In this document: positions 12,181 to 24,119 of the stretch, piece after piece | Position numbering within the stretch: the first letter of the stretch is position 1 | How the letters are laid out: every line of letters starts with the position of its first letter | Source: Lytechinus pictus | Taxonomy: Eukaryota | NCBI RefSeq assembly: GCF_037042905.1 | Contig: NC_087251.1 | Location: 7,874,001-7,938,000 of the forward strand | Reading direction: 5' to 3' | DNA: 64,000 nt | The notes under the pieces: model-generated | Seen by the model: the letters and a program-made list of their open reading frames with translations, nothing else | What the model was told of the DNA's origin: nothing | The model's database searches: none | Program-made: the position numbers and the translations under genes

Positions 12181-12814
12181 TGTAGCTGCCTTTCTTAAAC
12201 TACACGTGGAAATTCTTAATTGCTTAGTTCGAACACGCTAATTGAAGACTCAAACAACGGCTTTACAGTTACTTGTCTGTTTATTCCTTCTTCAACTTCT
12301 TCCGTAATAATGACGACACATAAATCAACAACTTGACATCAAATACGGCCTTGTAATGAAGTTTCTAGGTCGACATAACCAACGACCAGCGAAGAAACCT
12401 TTAACCAGCATCAACTGTCAACAACCAGTACTTCAACAATTGCACGACAATTGAGCGATTGCACGACAATTGAGCGACGATTGAGCGGTAATTGAGCGAT
12501 TGAGCGACTGTTTGCAATCCTGGAGAATTTCACAATTTATAGGAATAAATATAATTTCTTGACTATCTTCTTCTGAATCTTTGCAACTTCTGAATCTTAC
12601 TTTCTTTGTTCTATACTTTGGGTGATGCTTCACCCACATGACTAATCTTCTCCTGGACTTCTTGGAATCAAGGAGCACAATAAGCAATGCGCTGTGTACA
12701 ATCTTGCATTGACATTTTTTACTTTCTTTTTCCACTGACTCTGTATACAAGATACATGCATGTAAACAGTACATAATAATGGCAAATATACCAAATTATA
12801 TTCATGCCGCTACA
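12181..12814 (-). repeat. 3' LTR (634 bp)
   Basis: Direct repeat of 18558-19172 carrying one extra 19-bp tandem unit (tgcacgacaattgagcgat). Confidence 0.95.
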
Positions 12815-13047
12815 TACCCGGCCCCAAATGAGGCAACCACCAGTTACTCATTTCATTAAACCGTAAACATATAAAGCGGCATCATTAACCAATATACCAT
12901 ACTTAACGATATAAACATAAACATAGTAATGAAAATAACAATGAGATTAAGAATACATCAAATCAATCTTACAGCAATCATTAATGTAACAATAATAAAA
13001 AGGGTGTGGTCCCTACAAGTCTTATGTCGGTCATATGTCAAAGTAGC

Positions 13048-14416
13048 CTAATCGTTGCTCTCTAAAAGACATAATTTAGAAATTGGTCGTTTATAGTATT
13101 TAGATCCTACCCTAACTTCAACTTGTCTAACTAGTCCATGTCTGTCTGGGTAGGTCATAGTCACTCTACCTAGTGGCCAGTGCCCACGAGGAGCAGTGTC
13201 ATCAGCTATGAGTACAAGGTCGTCAGTCTGGAAGTTTCTTTGTGGTTTAAGCCACCTTTGGCGTTCTTGGAGCAAGGGAAGGTATTCCTTTGTCCAACGC
13301 CTCCAGAACTGCCCGGCCAGATATTGAGTTTGTTTCCATCTTCTTCGAGTATAACAATCACTCTTATCAAATACCCCTGGTGAAAGTGACTGATTTCTTC
13401 TCATGAGAAGAAGATGGTTCGGAGTTAGCGGTTCCTCATCTTTTGGATCCGCGCTTAAGGGTGTCAGTGGTCTAGCATTGAGGATTGCTTCTATTTCAGA
13501 CATGAGTGTGCTTAGAGTTTCGTCGGTAACAGTCTGAAGCTTGAGAAGATTTCCCAATATCTTCCTAACTGACCGGATTACTCTTTCCCAAACACCACCC
13601 ATGTGGCTCGCACCCGGAGGATTAAACGCCCATTCAATCCCTCGCTGAGTTAGAAAGCGACCCACCTTTGTTGAGTTGAGCTCTGCTAGGCTCTGCTTTA
13701 GTTCTTTATGTCCTGCTCTGAAGTTTGTGCCATTGTCGCTAAAGATTTTCTCAGGTAGCTCCCTGCGATTTACAAATCTTCTAAGAGCGTTAATGAATGA
13801 ATCTGTATCCAAGGAGCTGGCTATCTCCATATGTACAGCCCTAGTTGTCAAACAAGTGAATATACAGCCATACCTCTTTGACTGGCTCCGTCCTTGCTTA
13901 ACACTGAACGGCCCGAAGTAGTCGACTCCGGTGAAGGTAAATGGTGGCCTTCCTGGTGTCACTCTTTCTTTCGGCAAGTCAGCCATCATTTGCCTTCCTC
14001 TTGGTGCATTTCCCTATGATCCGTCGAACAGTGGAACCCCCCTTCAGGATCCAATATTTCGACCTTAGTGCCGTCCATGTCATGCCTGCGCCAGAGTGAC
14101 CAACTTCATGATGGTGGTGCTCGATGAGCAGTCTGGTCACATGGTGGTTGCTTGGCAATATCATGGGGTGTTTGGCATCAAAGTCAATAGGTGATCTGTC
14201 CAGTCTCCCTCCTACCCTCAGGACATCATCAACTAGGGTAGGGTTCAATTTCTTCATGGAGGACTGTTCAACCCTTGACTTCTTGTTCTTCTCAAACTCA
14301 GCTGGAAAGGCATCCTTCTGAATGTACTTCACTATTTCCAGCTCAGCTTCCGACAACTCGGAAGGTGTCAAATCTGTAGTCTTCTGAGATGTACTTTTCT
14401 TTTTGCGGGCTATCAA
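13048..14416 (-). pseudogene. BEL/Pao integrase fragments (ORFs 13979-14416 and 13048-13989)
   Basis: Zinc-finger half HHHEVGHSG; DDE core [26 protein letters not shown]; C-terminal WPLGRV...RPISKL. Frameshift near 13990. Confidence 0.92.
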
Positions 14417-14634
14417 GTGTGCCTTGAAGCGAAGGATCCAAGCTACTCCTCTCTTTAATCTATTCCAGGATGAATAGCGAGTGATGTCTTGCTGTCTTGA
14501 GGCTTGATTGATATGGCATTAGTCCTCTTCATCTCAGGATCATCCTTGAGGTCCTGAGCGGGCAATACTCTCTGGTCAGTCGGGGTTAGGAATGCTTCCG
14601 GTCAGTCTTCTTCTTGCTTTAGAAGGAAGTTTGG

Positions 14635-15984
14635 TCATTGGATCCATCTTGATAGTTGTCCTGCATGCAATCCTCTTGAGCCATCATCTGCTGGATTGCT
14701 CTTGGTATCAACGTGGCGCCACTGTGAAGTGTCACTCTTTTCTTGAATGACAGCTACTCTGTTTGCTACAAATGTACGGAATCTCCTGCTGGTATTCCTT
14801 ATGTACAGCAGCACTGAGGTAGAGTCAGTCCAGTATGTGACGCTTCTCACTGGTAGCCTGAGTTCTTCCATGATGGTTCGACCCAGCTTTACCGCTAGTA
14901 CTGCTGCTGACAGCTCCAATCTGGGAACTGTCATCTTCTTCAGAGGACAAAGTCTTGTCTTCCCCATCACAAGTGCACTGTGGGTGCGACCAGAATCCTC
15001 TATCCGTAGATAGGCACATGCTGCATATGCTCTTTCTGACGCATCACGGAACACATGGAGATCATAGACAGGGTCCTTGAAGTCAGATGGCTTGAAACAT
15101 CTGGGGATGTGTACTGAGGTTAACTCTGGTAACTCAGCCAGCCAGGCTCGCCAGCGTTGCAAGTCCTGGTCCTTGATCTTCTCGTCCCATGCAAGACCTT
15201 GGGCGCAAAGATCCTGCAAAAGAAGCTTTGCATTTACTGTGAAAGGTGCCACAAATCCAATTGGATCATACAAGGAGCTTGTGGCGGACAGTATACCCCT
15301 TCTTGTTGCTGGTACGTCCTTGGGAGAAACCTTGAAGCTAAACATGTCAGAGTCCATGTTCCATAAGACACTAAGTGTTCTCTCTATTGGAAGATGATCC
15401 AAATCTAGATCAACTACCGATGCAGCCCTTTCTGTAGGAGGGACTATTTCTAACACTTCCTTGTCATTGCTGACCCACTTTGTTAGTCTGAATCCTCCTT
15501 TTCTTAGTAGGCTGCATAACTGAGGAATGAGCCTTATCGCTTCCTCTGTAGAGCGAACAGACTTCAGGCAGTCATCGACATAGAAATTGTCCTTGACTAT
15601 CTGACAAACTTCTGGCTCAAAGTCCTGCCTGTTGTCTTCCTCAGTCCTTTGGAGTGCAAAGCCTGCACAGCTTGGAGACGAAGTCGCTCCAAACAGATGG
15701 ACTTGCATCTTGTACGTCTTATGTGTCGTGTCCGTGTTGCCGTTCTCCCACCACAAGAATCTGAGCGCATCAGTGTGGGTGGGTGTGACCCTCACTTGGT
15801 GGAACATACCCTCCACATCTGCCACCAGTGCTATCTCCTCTTGTCTGAAGCGAAGAAGCACACCAACAAGCTTATTGGTGTAATCCGGTCCACTCAATAA
15901 CTGGCTGTTAAGGGAGATTCCTTGGTATTTGGCAGCACAGTCAAATACTACACGCACCTTTTCCGGCTTGAAGGGATGAGTCAC
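14635..15984 (-). pseudogene. BEL/Pao reverse transcriptase plus RNase H fragment
   Basis: Motifs [53 protein letters not shown] and NPADDGSRG; ends in a premature TGA. Confidence 0.92.
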
Positions 15985-17041
15985 GGGGTGGTGAGGTAGA
16001 TACCAGATAGAGCTTCGACAAATAATTTGTCATAGTTTCTGTGTACTTCTGGTGAAGGCTGTCATCCTTCTCCAGTCTTCTCTTTAGAGATCGTAAACGT
16101 GACTCTGCCATTTTGTGGTTGTTTGGTAGAGACGGAGGGAATTGACGCCAAGGTAAACCCATCTCATAATGGCCATCCATAAGACGGATTGTGTCTTCCA
16201 TCATGGCACGAGCCTTCCTGTCTTCTACCGAGTCACCTAATCTTTCACTCTCATCACCAGGAGCATAGTCCAGTTTCCAGAATCTCTGGACTTGCTCTTG
16301 CAAATGGTCATCCATTGAGGAGATGTTGTTCACCTCAAATGCTCCTTTCCTTCTGCGTCCGGTGGGGCCCATGACTGTCCATCCCAGTGGAGAACGGATA
16401 GCATAAGGTTCTTTCTTCTTTCCCCTCCTTTCTTCCTGGACCCAGAAGGCCTCTGGGGTGTCACTCCCTATGAGCAAGGTGATATCCTTCTTGGCAGCTG
16501 TTGGAAGCTCTATTCCCTTCAGATGGGACCATCTATCTACGTCCTGTTGCCTTGGTATACTTCTATGGGTTGTTGGTAGTGATTCTACCGTCCACACCCT
16601 GGGCATATCAATTACATCCCTGTCCTTAATTCCTTGAATGGAGAAACTAACCTCCTGTCCTCCCCTTTGGGTATTAGTGTTGTTCACCGTGGTCAGTCGG
16701 AAGTTTGTCTCCTTACCTTGGATGCCGAGGTCATCTGCAAGACGCTGTTCGCAGAGGGAAGCATCGCTGCCATGGTCCAGCAAAGCCCATGTTGTCACCT
16801 CCCTGCAATTGCCTCTAACCTTGACAGGTAAAACTCGGAGACAAACCTCTTTCTGACCACCAACAGCATTAGTGTCGGCCTGGTTATCTAAGTCAGATCC
16901 TTGCCCGGCCCCAGTTTGCTTACCTGTTTCTTGCCCTTTATCTTTGCCCTTGGTGGACCACTCCATGTGAAGAAGGGTGTGGTGTCTTTTCTTGCACCCA
17001 TCCTTGCTGCACTTAGGGGTAGCTGTACAGCCCTTTGCCAT
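15941..17041 (-). pseudogene. BEL/Pao third Cys/His motif plus aspartic protease fragment
   Basis: Motifs CSKDGCKKRHHTLLH, ALLDHGSDASL, LLIGSD and SPLGWTV. Confidence 0.85.
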
Positions 17042-17103
17042 GTGCGACCCTTTGAGGCAATTGAAACATAGCCCCTTAGACTTGACAAAGGCAAACCTTT
17101 CAT

Positions 17104-18537
17104 CTACTGACTGACCTTTAAATTTGCGGCACTTATCAAGCTCATGCTTCTCTGAGCAGCATGGGCATGAGCTCGATTCCTTAGGTTTCTCAGACTTGCT
17201 TGTTGTAGTATTAAAGGTCGAAACCTTTGGCCTAGGCTTCCCGCAGATGCCTTCTTGTCTTGCACGGCTGGACGCCCTACACTCTTACCGAACACATTAC
17301 TCGCCACCTTAGCAGACTCTTCGATGAAGTCTGTCAGATGGGAGAAGTTGGGCATCACTGATTGCTCCATCAGTGAATGTGCTCGGCTGGCCCACTTGGA
17401 CTGAATGTGGACTGGGAGAAGATGTTGAATCTTCAGTAGGGTATCCGTTGTACTCATATCAGCCGAGTACCCCATCTGAGAAGTTGTCATTTGACACCTC
17501 CTCATGTCTCTGGCTAGATCCCACAGACCTTGGCTGTCCGTGGCCCTGAGTGGTGATCTATTGATGACCTTCTCCAGGTGAGCTCTAGCCACTATGTAGT
17601 TCCGTCCGAACTGGTCCTGTAGTATTATCCTAGCTCGGGAATAACCTGTATCGGGATCTAATAATACACAATTTTCTATGGCCTCTCTGGCCTTGTCTGA
17701 GGTAAACTGAATTAAGTAAGACAATTTTAACCTACTGTCATGAATTCTGTCAGCAATATTAACTTCAAAACTATTCACGAAATTCCAATAATCAATCGGA
17801 TTGCCTGAGAAAGTTGGCATGTCTGGCTTTGGCAAACTTAGAGCCATTGCCATCATATTATGATTATACATGTTATTAACTGGGGTTTGAAATGGATTGG
17901 GTATGAAGGGTTTCTGTTCTTGTGCTTGGCTATTTACTTGGTGATTACCATTGTATCCCCTGCTTAACCCTACTCCTTCGTTACCCGGCTTATGAATTGT
18001 TGTAGTACCTTCACCTACTACACCAGTACTTACATGTTCATTACCTTTAACATATACATTATCCTTTTGAACATTTGGTACATTACCCTGATGATTTGAT
18101 TCTCCCTGGGTGGAGAACCACCTTTCTGTAATTTGTACATTGTCCAAGTCCTTGTTAGGTAAGGGCGGAAATCCTACTTCTGCCCTTTCTTCATTTACTT
18201 GTTCTTGCCACATGGTGGCTTCAACCTTGGCATTTTCCTTGTCATGGTCGATCATGAGAAGTTCTATTCTTTCATTCAGTTCAAATTGTTCCTGTTGTAA
18301 TTTAAACTGTTCTCGTCTTAGTCTTTGTTCCTGTAAGAACTGCTTCCTTTTCTTATTCACCAGCTCCTCCTTCACCCTCGCTGCTCTTAGTTTCACGCTT
18401 GATGTATCGCTTACACAAGACACTCTGGACATGGCGCTCCCCCGTGATGTGGTAGACTTTACATCATCCTCGTCGTCTCCAGCTCCAGGTCCAACTCCAG
18501 CAAGGGCTTCTGAATTTAGTTTATTTGAGGGATCCAT
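17104..18537 (-). pseudogene. BEL/Pao Gag fragment (frameshifted before the zinc knuckles)
   Basis: Coiled-coil N-terminus and LPKPDMPTFSGNPIDY...KLSYLIQF motif. The knuckles CPCCSEKHELDKC and CFNCLKGSHMAKGC lie in another frame at ~17025-17170. Confidence 0.85.
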
Positions 18538-18557
18538 AATGCAGTTGCGAACTGTCG

Positions 18558-19172
18558 TGTAGCTGCCTTTCTTAAACTACACGTGGAAATTCTTAATTGC
18601 TTAGTTCGAACACGCTAATTGAAGACTCAAACAACGGCTTTACAGTTACTTGTCTGTTTATTCCTTCTTCAACTTCTTCCGTAATAATGACGACACATAA
18701 ATCAACAACTTGACATCAAATACGGCCTTGTAATGAAGTTTCTAGGTCGACATAACCAACGACCAGCGAAGAAACCTTTAACCAGCATCAACTGTCAACA
18801 ACCAGTACTTCAACAATTGCACGACAATTGAGCGACGATTGAGCGGTAATTGAGCGATTGAGCGACTGTTTGCAATCCTGGAGAATTTCACAATTTATAG
18901 GAATAAATATAATTTCTTGACTATCTTCTTCTGAATCTTTGCAACTTCTGAATCTTACTTTCTTTGTTCTATACTTTGGGTGATGCTTCACCCACATGAC
19001 TAATCTTCTCCTGGACTTCTTGGAATCAAGGAGCACAATAAGCAATGCGCTGTGTACAATCTTGCATTGACATTTTTTACTTTCTTTTTCCACTGACTCT
19101 GTATACAAGATACATGTATGTAAACAGTACATAATAATGGCAAATATACCAAATTATATTCATGCCGCTACA
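18558..19172 (-). repeat. 5' LTR (615 bp)
   Basis: TG...CA termini; by eye it differs from the 3' LTR only by the 19-bp indel and one substitution (catgcatg vs catgtatg). Confidence 0.95.
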
Positions 19173-19523
19173 ATTACATTTATGAAATTATATACAGTGG
19201 AAGTGAATACCCGTTTACATAAAGACTACAAACAATAATGTACATAAACCCTCCATTTGACAAAAGATGACAATACTTGAAAAAAGAAAGGTACTAGTAT
19301 AGATATATTATAGTAATCAATAATTCGTTACAATTTAAAATTTCATTTCAATGAACAATACATGTAGTATAATATTACTTTAACACCTTAATTCAAAGAG
19401 TTACTGTATAGAAATAAGTAGTAATCAAATATTTCATTACAAACGATTGAAAATTTTATTCCAATAACAAGTGCATGTAGTATTAACATATTAATTTCAA
19501 AAAGTTGCTGACAGAAATTACTT

Positions 19524-19721
19524 CACTCTTAAACATGTTGGGCAACATAGTATGTCCACATTATTATTGGTTAAAACTTTATTTAATTCTGGGTAGTTTA
19601 AAACCAATAATGTGTGATTTGAGTGAAAACTACACAGTATTGGTTGAAAACTACCCAGAGTTGGATACATTTTTAACCAATTGTTGTGTTGGACAGTATG
19701 TTGTCCAACATTTCAAGAGTG
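19524..19721. mobile_element. Short CACT...AGTG palindromic MITE
   Basis: cactcttaaacatgttgggcaacata matches tatgttgtccaacatttcaagagtg as an inverted repeat. Confidence 0.55.
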
Positions 19722-20210
19722 TATTCACTCTTAAAATGTATGTCGTCTGTACTATTCTTTTAAATTATATTAATGACAATAAGCATGCATTCCGAAGTTT
19801 GGCACTGAAATTGTAATTCATGAAAATCAATAATAATCTTGTTTTGCCTGGTAAACCAATTTGAGGTCGATGAAGGGTATTGTTCAGATTCTTTGAATAA
19901 AAGAAGACCTTTGACCTTTACCACTGCATCCAATACGATATTGAATGTAAACACCTTGATGATCATAACCCTTGGAAGCGGGAGTGCTCTTGGGTATTTT
20001 GTACACCATTAAGCAGCACCCCCCCCCCCCCCTGGAAATTAGGTTGGTACGCTAAAATGTAGAGATTTGACCATGGGTGTCGATCGGTATTCTTGGTTGG
20101 GGGGGATGATTGACACAAATGTTCTTGTGGATGGGGATCTTTCAACTATAACCCCCACTAAAATCACAAGTTAGGACATTTGGGAGTGGTTGATATGCAT
20201 GGTGTTCTTG

Positions 20211-21772
20211 CAGTGGCGTACCGTGAGTCACGGCATTGGGGGGGGGGGGGGGTACCAGCAACATTTTTGAGTCACTAATACCGTGTTTACACTTAATCGG
20301 CAATTGGTTCTGAACCAAATGCCGATGCAGATTCGGCATTTGGATTGCGTTTACACGTTGTTACAGCTCGCGGTTCAGAACCGCGAGCCGATGCAAAAAC
20401 CTGAAATGATACGCATACCTACAATATACGTCATAATAAAGACAACGCTGGATCAGTGCGCTTACAATTACGTCACAATGGTAAATTAATTGAAATGCGC
20501 ACAAATTGCCGGTGCAGAATCGGCTTTCTGTTTACACGTAGTAAAAAAGCCGATTCTGCATCGGCTCGCGGTTCAGAACCTACTACTTTGGTGGTGCAAA
20601 TTGCCGGTTCTGAACCGCGAGCCGATTCAAGTTGCTCGCGTTTACACGCTATGAAAAAGCCGATGCTGAATCGGCTCGCGGTTCAGAACCGCGAGCCGAT
20701 TCAAATGCCGATTAAGTGTAAACACGGTATTAGTGAGCGCGCGAAGCGCGCTCAGTTGCCAGGTATACTGACCTAATAGGGACATTTTAAGGACAGTGCC
20801 ATTAAACGGATATGTATCTCACTGCTCAAATAATGCGAGCGCGAAGCGCGAGCTGAAAATTTTTGCTATGCAGACCAAAAAAGGACATTATAAGCAAATT
20901 GTTGTAATCATGATACATACCTGTCTCGCGAAACAATGCGAGCGCGAAGCGCTAGCTGAATTTTTTGTAATTATTTACCCCAAACAAGGACATGTTAAGG
21001 ACTATATTTTAGGAATCCATTAAGAGTATACATATCTCACCATAGTCATCTAATGCGAGTGCAAAGCGCTTGCTGATTTTGCTACATCTAAACACATGAA
21101 GCACTTTTTGTAGTCATTGTAATCATGATAATACGAATCTCACTCATCAAATAGTGCGAGCGCGAAGCGCGAGCTGAAAATTTAGGATATTCAGACCTGA
21201 AGAGAGGCATTCTAAGGCCTGTTTGTAAGAATTCACTAAGACCATACGATACGTATTTCACTAAACAAATGATGCGATCGAAAAATTTTGATATTCAGAT
21301 CAGAAAAAGGGAAATTTTAAGGACTGATTTTTAGGAATTCATGAAGAGCAGTCATATCTCACCAATCTACTAGTGCGAACGTAAGCACGGACAGGAAATG
21401 TTTTATATTAACACCTTAAAATGGGGCAATCACTTTAAGTAGTCATGAAAAAGAACCATATGTCACTACATAAAACAATAAGTCGAAGTGCGAGGAAATA
21501 TATTTGGTGTATATTGACTTAAAAACGTTAAATAGACAATGCGAGTACCATGAACAATTAAGAAATCTAGGCCAGAGCAAAATAAAGTTATGAAAAAAAT
21601 TTTCTTATGTATTATAACATAACATTATTATAATATAACATTATGATGAACAATAATTTCTTCATTCCCACTACGTTTCTCTTCCTTTCTCCTCTTCCCC
21701 GTTTTTTTTTTGCCAGCCGATTGGGGGGCACGTGCCCCCATGCCCCCCCCCCCCCCCGTAGTTACGCCACTG
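20211..21772. mobile_element. Non-autonomous hAT-like element
   Basis: TIR CAGTGGCGTA, perfect 8-bp TSD TGTTCTTG and internal gcgagcgcgaagcgcg repeats. Confidence 0.9.
20279..20729. mobile_element. Palindromic MITE (PIF/Harbinger-like) nested in the hAT-like element
   Basis: TIR taccgtgtttacacttaatcggca with TAA/TTA flanks; absent at the equivalent site of the sister copy (~26840). Confidence 0.85.
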
Positions 21773-23420
21773 TGTTCTTGGAAATTCTTTCATTATTGCA
21801 GTGTACTGTACTTATAATTTTTTTTTGAAAATTCAATTTGTGTTACAAGCAAGCCTATTCTAAACTCATACGAAAGACAAAATGACAAAAATTGTCTGGA
21901 CCATGTACAAAGTGATCTGTTTATTGGACATGATGTATACAACTTCTCTCTTAAATCTAATCCGACTGGCGATATCTTTTTTCTTCTTAATGCATGATGA
22001 TAAAATGCAGATTCGGACAAATTAAGACTAGCACAAATTACAAACTGTGTGGCTTCTCGTGCGCCATCGGGCTTACCGTCATTCCTTAGACGATTTTAAC
22101 CCTGGATTTTAACATGTTTTAAATGCTTTATAAGTGCATAAAACAAAAACAAACATAAAAACAATCAAAACTCAACTGTCATGTTATGATATTTCTCCAA
22201 TATTTTCTTGAACCATCAGTGTGTAATATCAGCTAATATATGTGTTAAAATGAAATTTATGTACCGCATGAGTGTGCTCATATAGAATGCAAAACTGTCA
22301 TCCCTTTCCAAACTCAAAAGAGATTTCTTTTTGCCAAAATAAGAAAGAGCCAATCAAGTTTAGTTATTCAAGTCCATAACAATAACAAGAATAACATGGG
22401 AAAAAAATCCGATGTTCATATCCGAAGATACGCTTTAGAGAGAAATTAATGATTATTCTTTCTGAAACCATTGATTGATTTCACTTATTAAAAATTGTAA
22501 AAATATGATCATATTACCACTGGTGGGATGGAACACCCTATCAACAAAAGTTGTTTTTCGTCGGGGTCCTTTTATGTCATGTGTTAAAAAATATCATATA
22601 CGTAAACATTTCATTCTTTTTCATCTTGAACCTCCACCCATCTGTTTAAAAGTCCTGGAAAAGAATGTTTTTATTTAATAACAATATACACAAATTGCGA
22701 GGGAAACAAACTGATTGATGGCATACTATAATCATCACTATAATCATCATGATCAAACCTTTACATTTTTTCATCATCATTATTATAAATTTTCAACCCT
22801 AAATTATTGGGCGGGATGATAATACAGGCCATCCCCCCACTTGAAATATTGGGGGGGGGGGATATATCCCCCCATCCCCCCCGTGATCGACACCCATGGG
22901 TTTGACACAAATCTCAGTTATTTTTGGACAGAAGGAAAAATTTTGTTTATTATCTAATTGTTATTATTTTTTATTTTATGCATAAATTAGCACAATTAAT
23001 TAGCAACTTTTTTGCAGAATTTGATCTTATAATTTTGAAGATTATGCCATGGGTAACGCGCGTGCCAATTATCGTTGCGATCGACGGCCGAGATCATAAG
23101 GGGGGGGCTAAAAAAATCAATAATAATAATTGGATTTATATAGCGCTTTTTCCAGAGGATACAAAGCGCTGTTGATGGCGTAAGACATGTTAAGGTTTAT
23201 GGTTATATAAGTGTGTTTTGAGATGTTTTTTGAAGAAGTCAAGAGAAGAGAGGTTTCGAAGAGATGGAGGGAGTTTGTTCCAAAGACGGGGGGCAAGAGA
23301 TTGAAAGGAGTTGAAACCGGCCTGTTTTATGGATTTTGGAATGACATTCTATTTTTAAAAGTTCTGCCAGCAAAACGAGCTTTCCTTTTCACATTTTATT
23401 TTGATGGATACCATGATAAT

Positions 23421-23655
23421 GGGGGCGTCATGGACATGGTCTAGTGGTTAAGACTCTCGTCTTTCAGTCTGAGGGACGTGGGTTCGATTCCAAGCCATGG
23501 TGTGTTTTCATTCAGCAAGAAATTTACCCACAGTGTTATTCCTCAAAAAGCTATGAGCACCGGAATCGGTAGACTGGCTTATAGCCGGGGGTAATAAGGA
23601 GCACACTGAGCATCTAACAAGGTGGATCCATGCGCTCTACAAATCCTATATTATT
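23421..23655 (+). mobile_element. tRNA-derived SINE (internally deleted)
   Basis: A box TGGTCTAGTGG and B box GGTTCGATTCC; the tail matches the 3688-3906 copy. Confidence 0.7.
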
Positions 23656-24119
23656 TTTTTGATTATTTGTCATGGTTTATTGATTATTATTTATAGGATA
23701 TCGATTATCAGTATTTTTTTAACATGTTTTTATTGTCTACTCTCAAATCAAATATACAATAACAATACAAATCTCATAAGCATTAGCCATTAACTTTATC
23801 GATCGATCCCTAATTATTATTAATCAATCCTCAATATTTATTGATATATTTTAGATTGCATAAATCAATGGATATCATACTAAGACTTTATGCTGAAGAA
23901 GATAAACTATATGAAGTCACCACTCGTAGTACTTTGATCTGTTTGATTTCTGGAGGGTTTACACTCGTCTGTCAATTAAGATAATAATCCAATTAAGCTA
24001 TAGGTAAAATTTATATTTAGGTTATGAAATTTGGCGATAACTTTGAGCGAGAAAATCATTCATTCGTTTGGAATCCGGGAAGTATAGGTGCAGTTTTACT
24101 TCTTTAAACATTTTTCAAG

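Larger units (their letters stand above)
12181..19172 (-). mobile_element. Full-length BEL/Pao LTR retrotransposon (coding-defective)
   Basis: Two LTRs with TGTAGC...GCTACA ends and a 5-bp TSD ATTAC (12176-12180, 19173-19177). PPT-like GGGGCCGGGTA lies next to the 3' LTR. Domain order is gag-PR-RT-RH-IN with BEL-type motifs. Confidence 0.97.
20072..22898. mobile_element. Non-autonomous hAT-like element (outer element of a nest)
   Basis: 14-bp perfect TIR CATGGGTGTCGATC; 8-bp flanks GATTTGAC/GGTTTGAC (7/8 match). Confidence 0.7.

Noticed and set aside
12433-12774. 113-aa ORF duplicated at 18788-19132
   Set aside because: It lies wholly within the LTRs, so the duplication reflects LTR identity; no recognisable domain.
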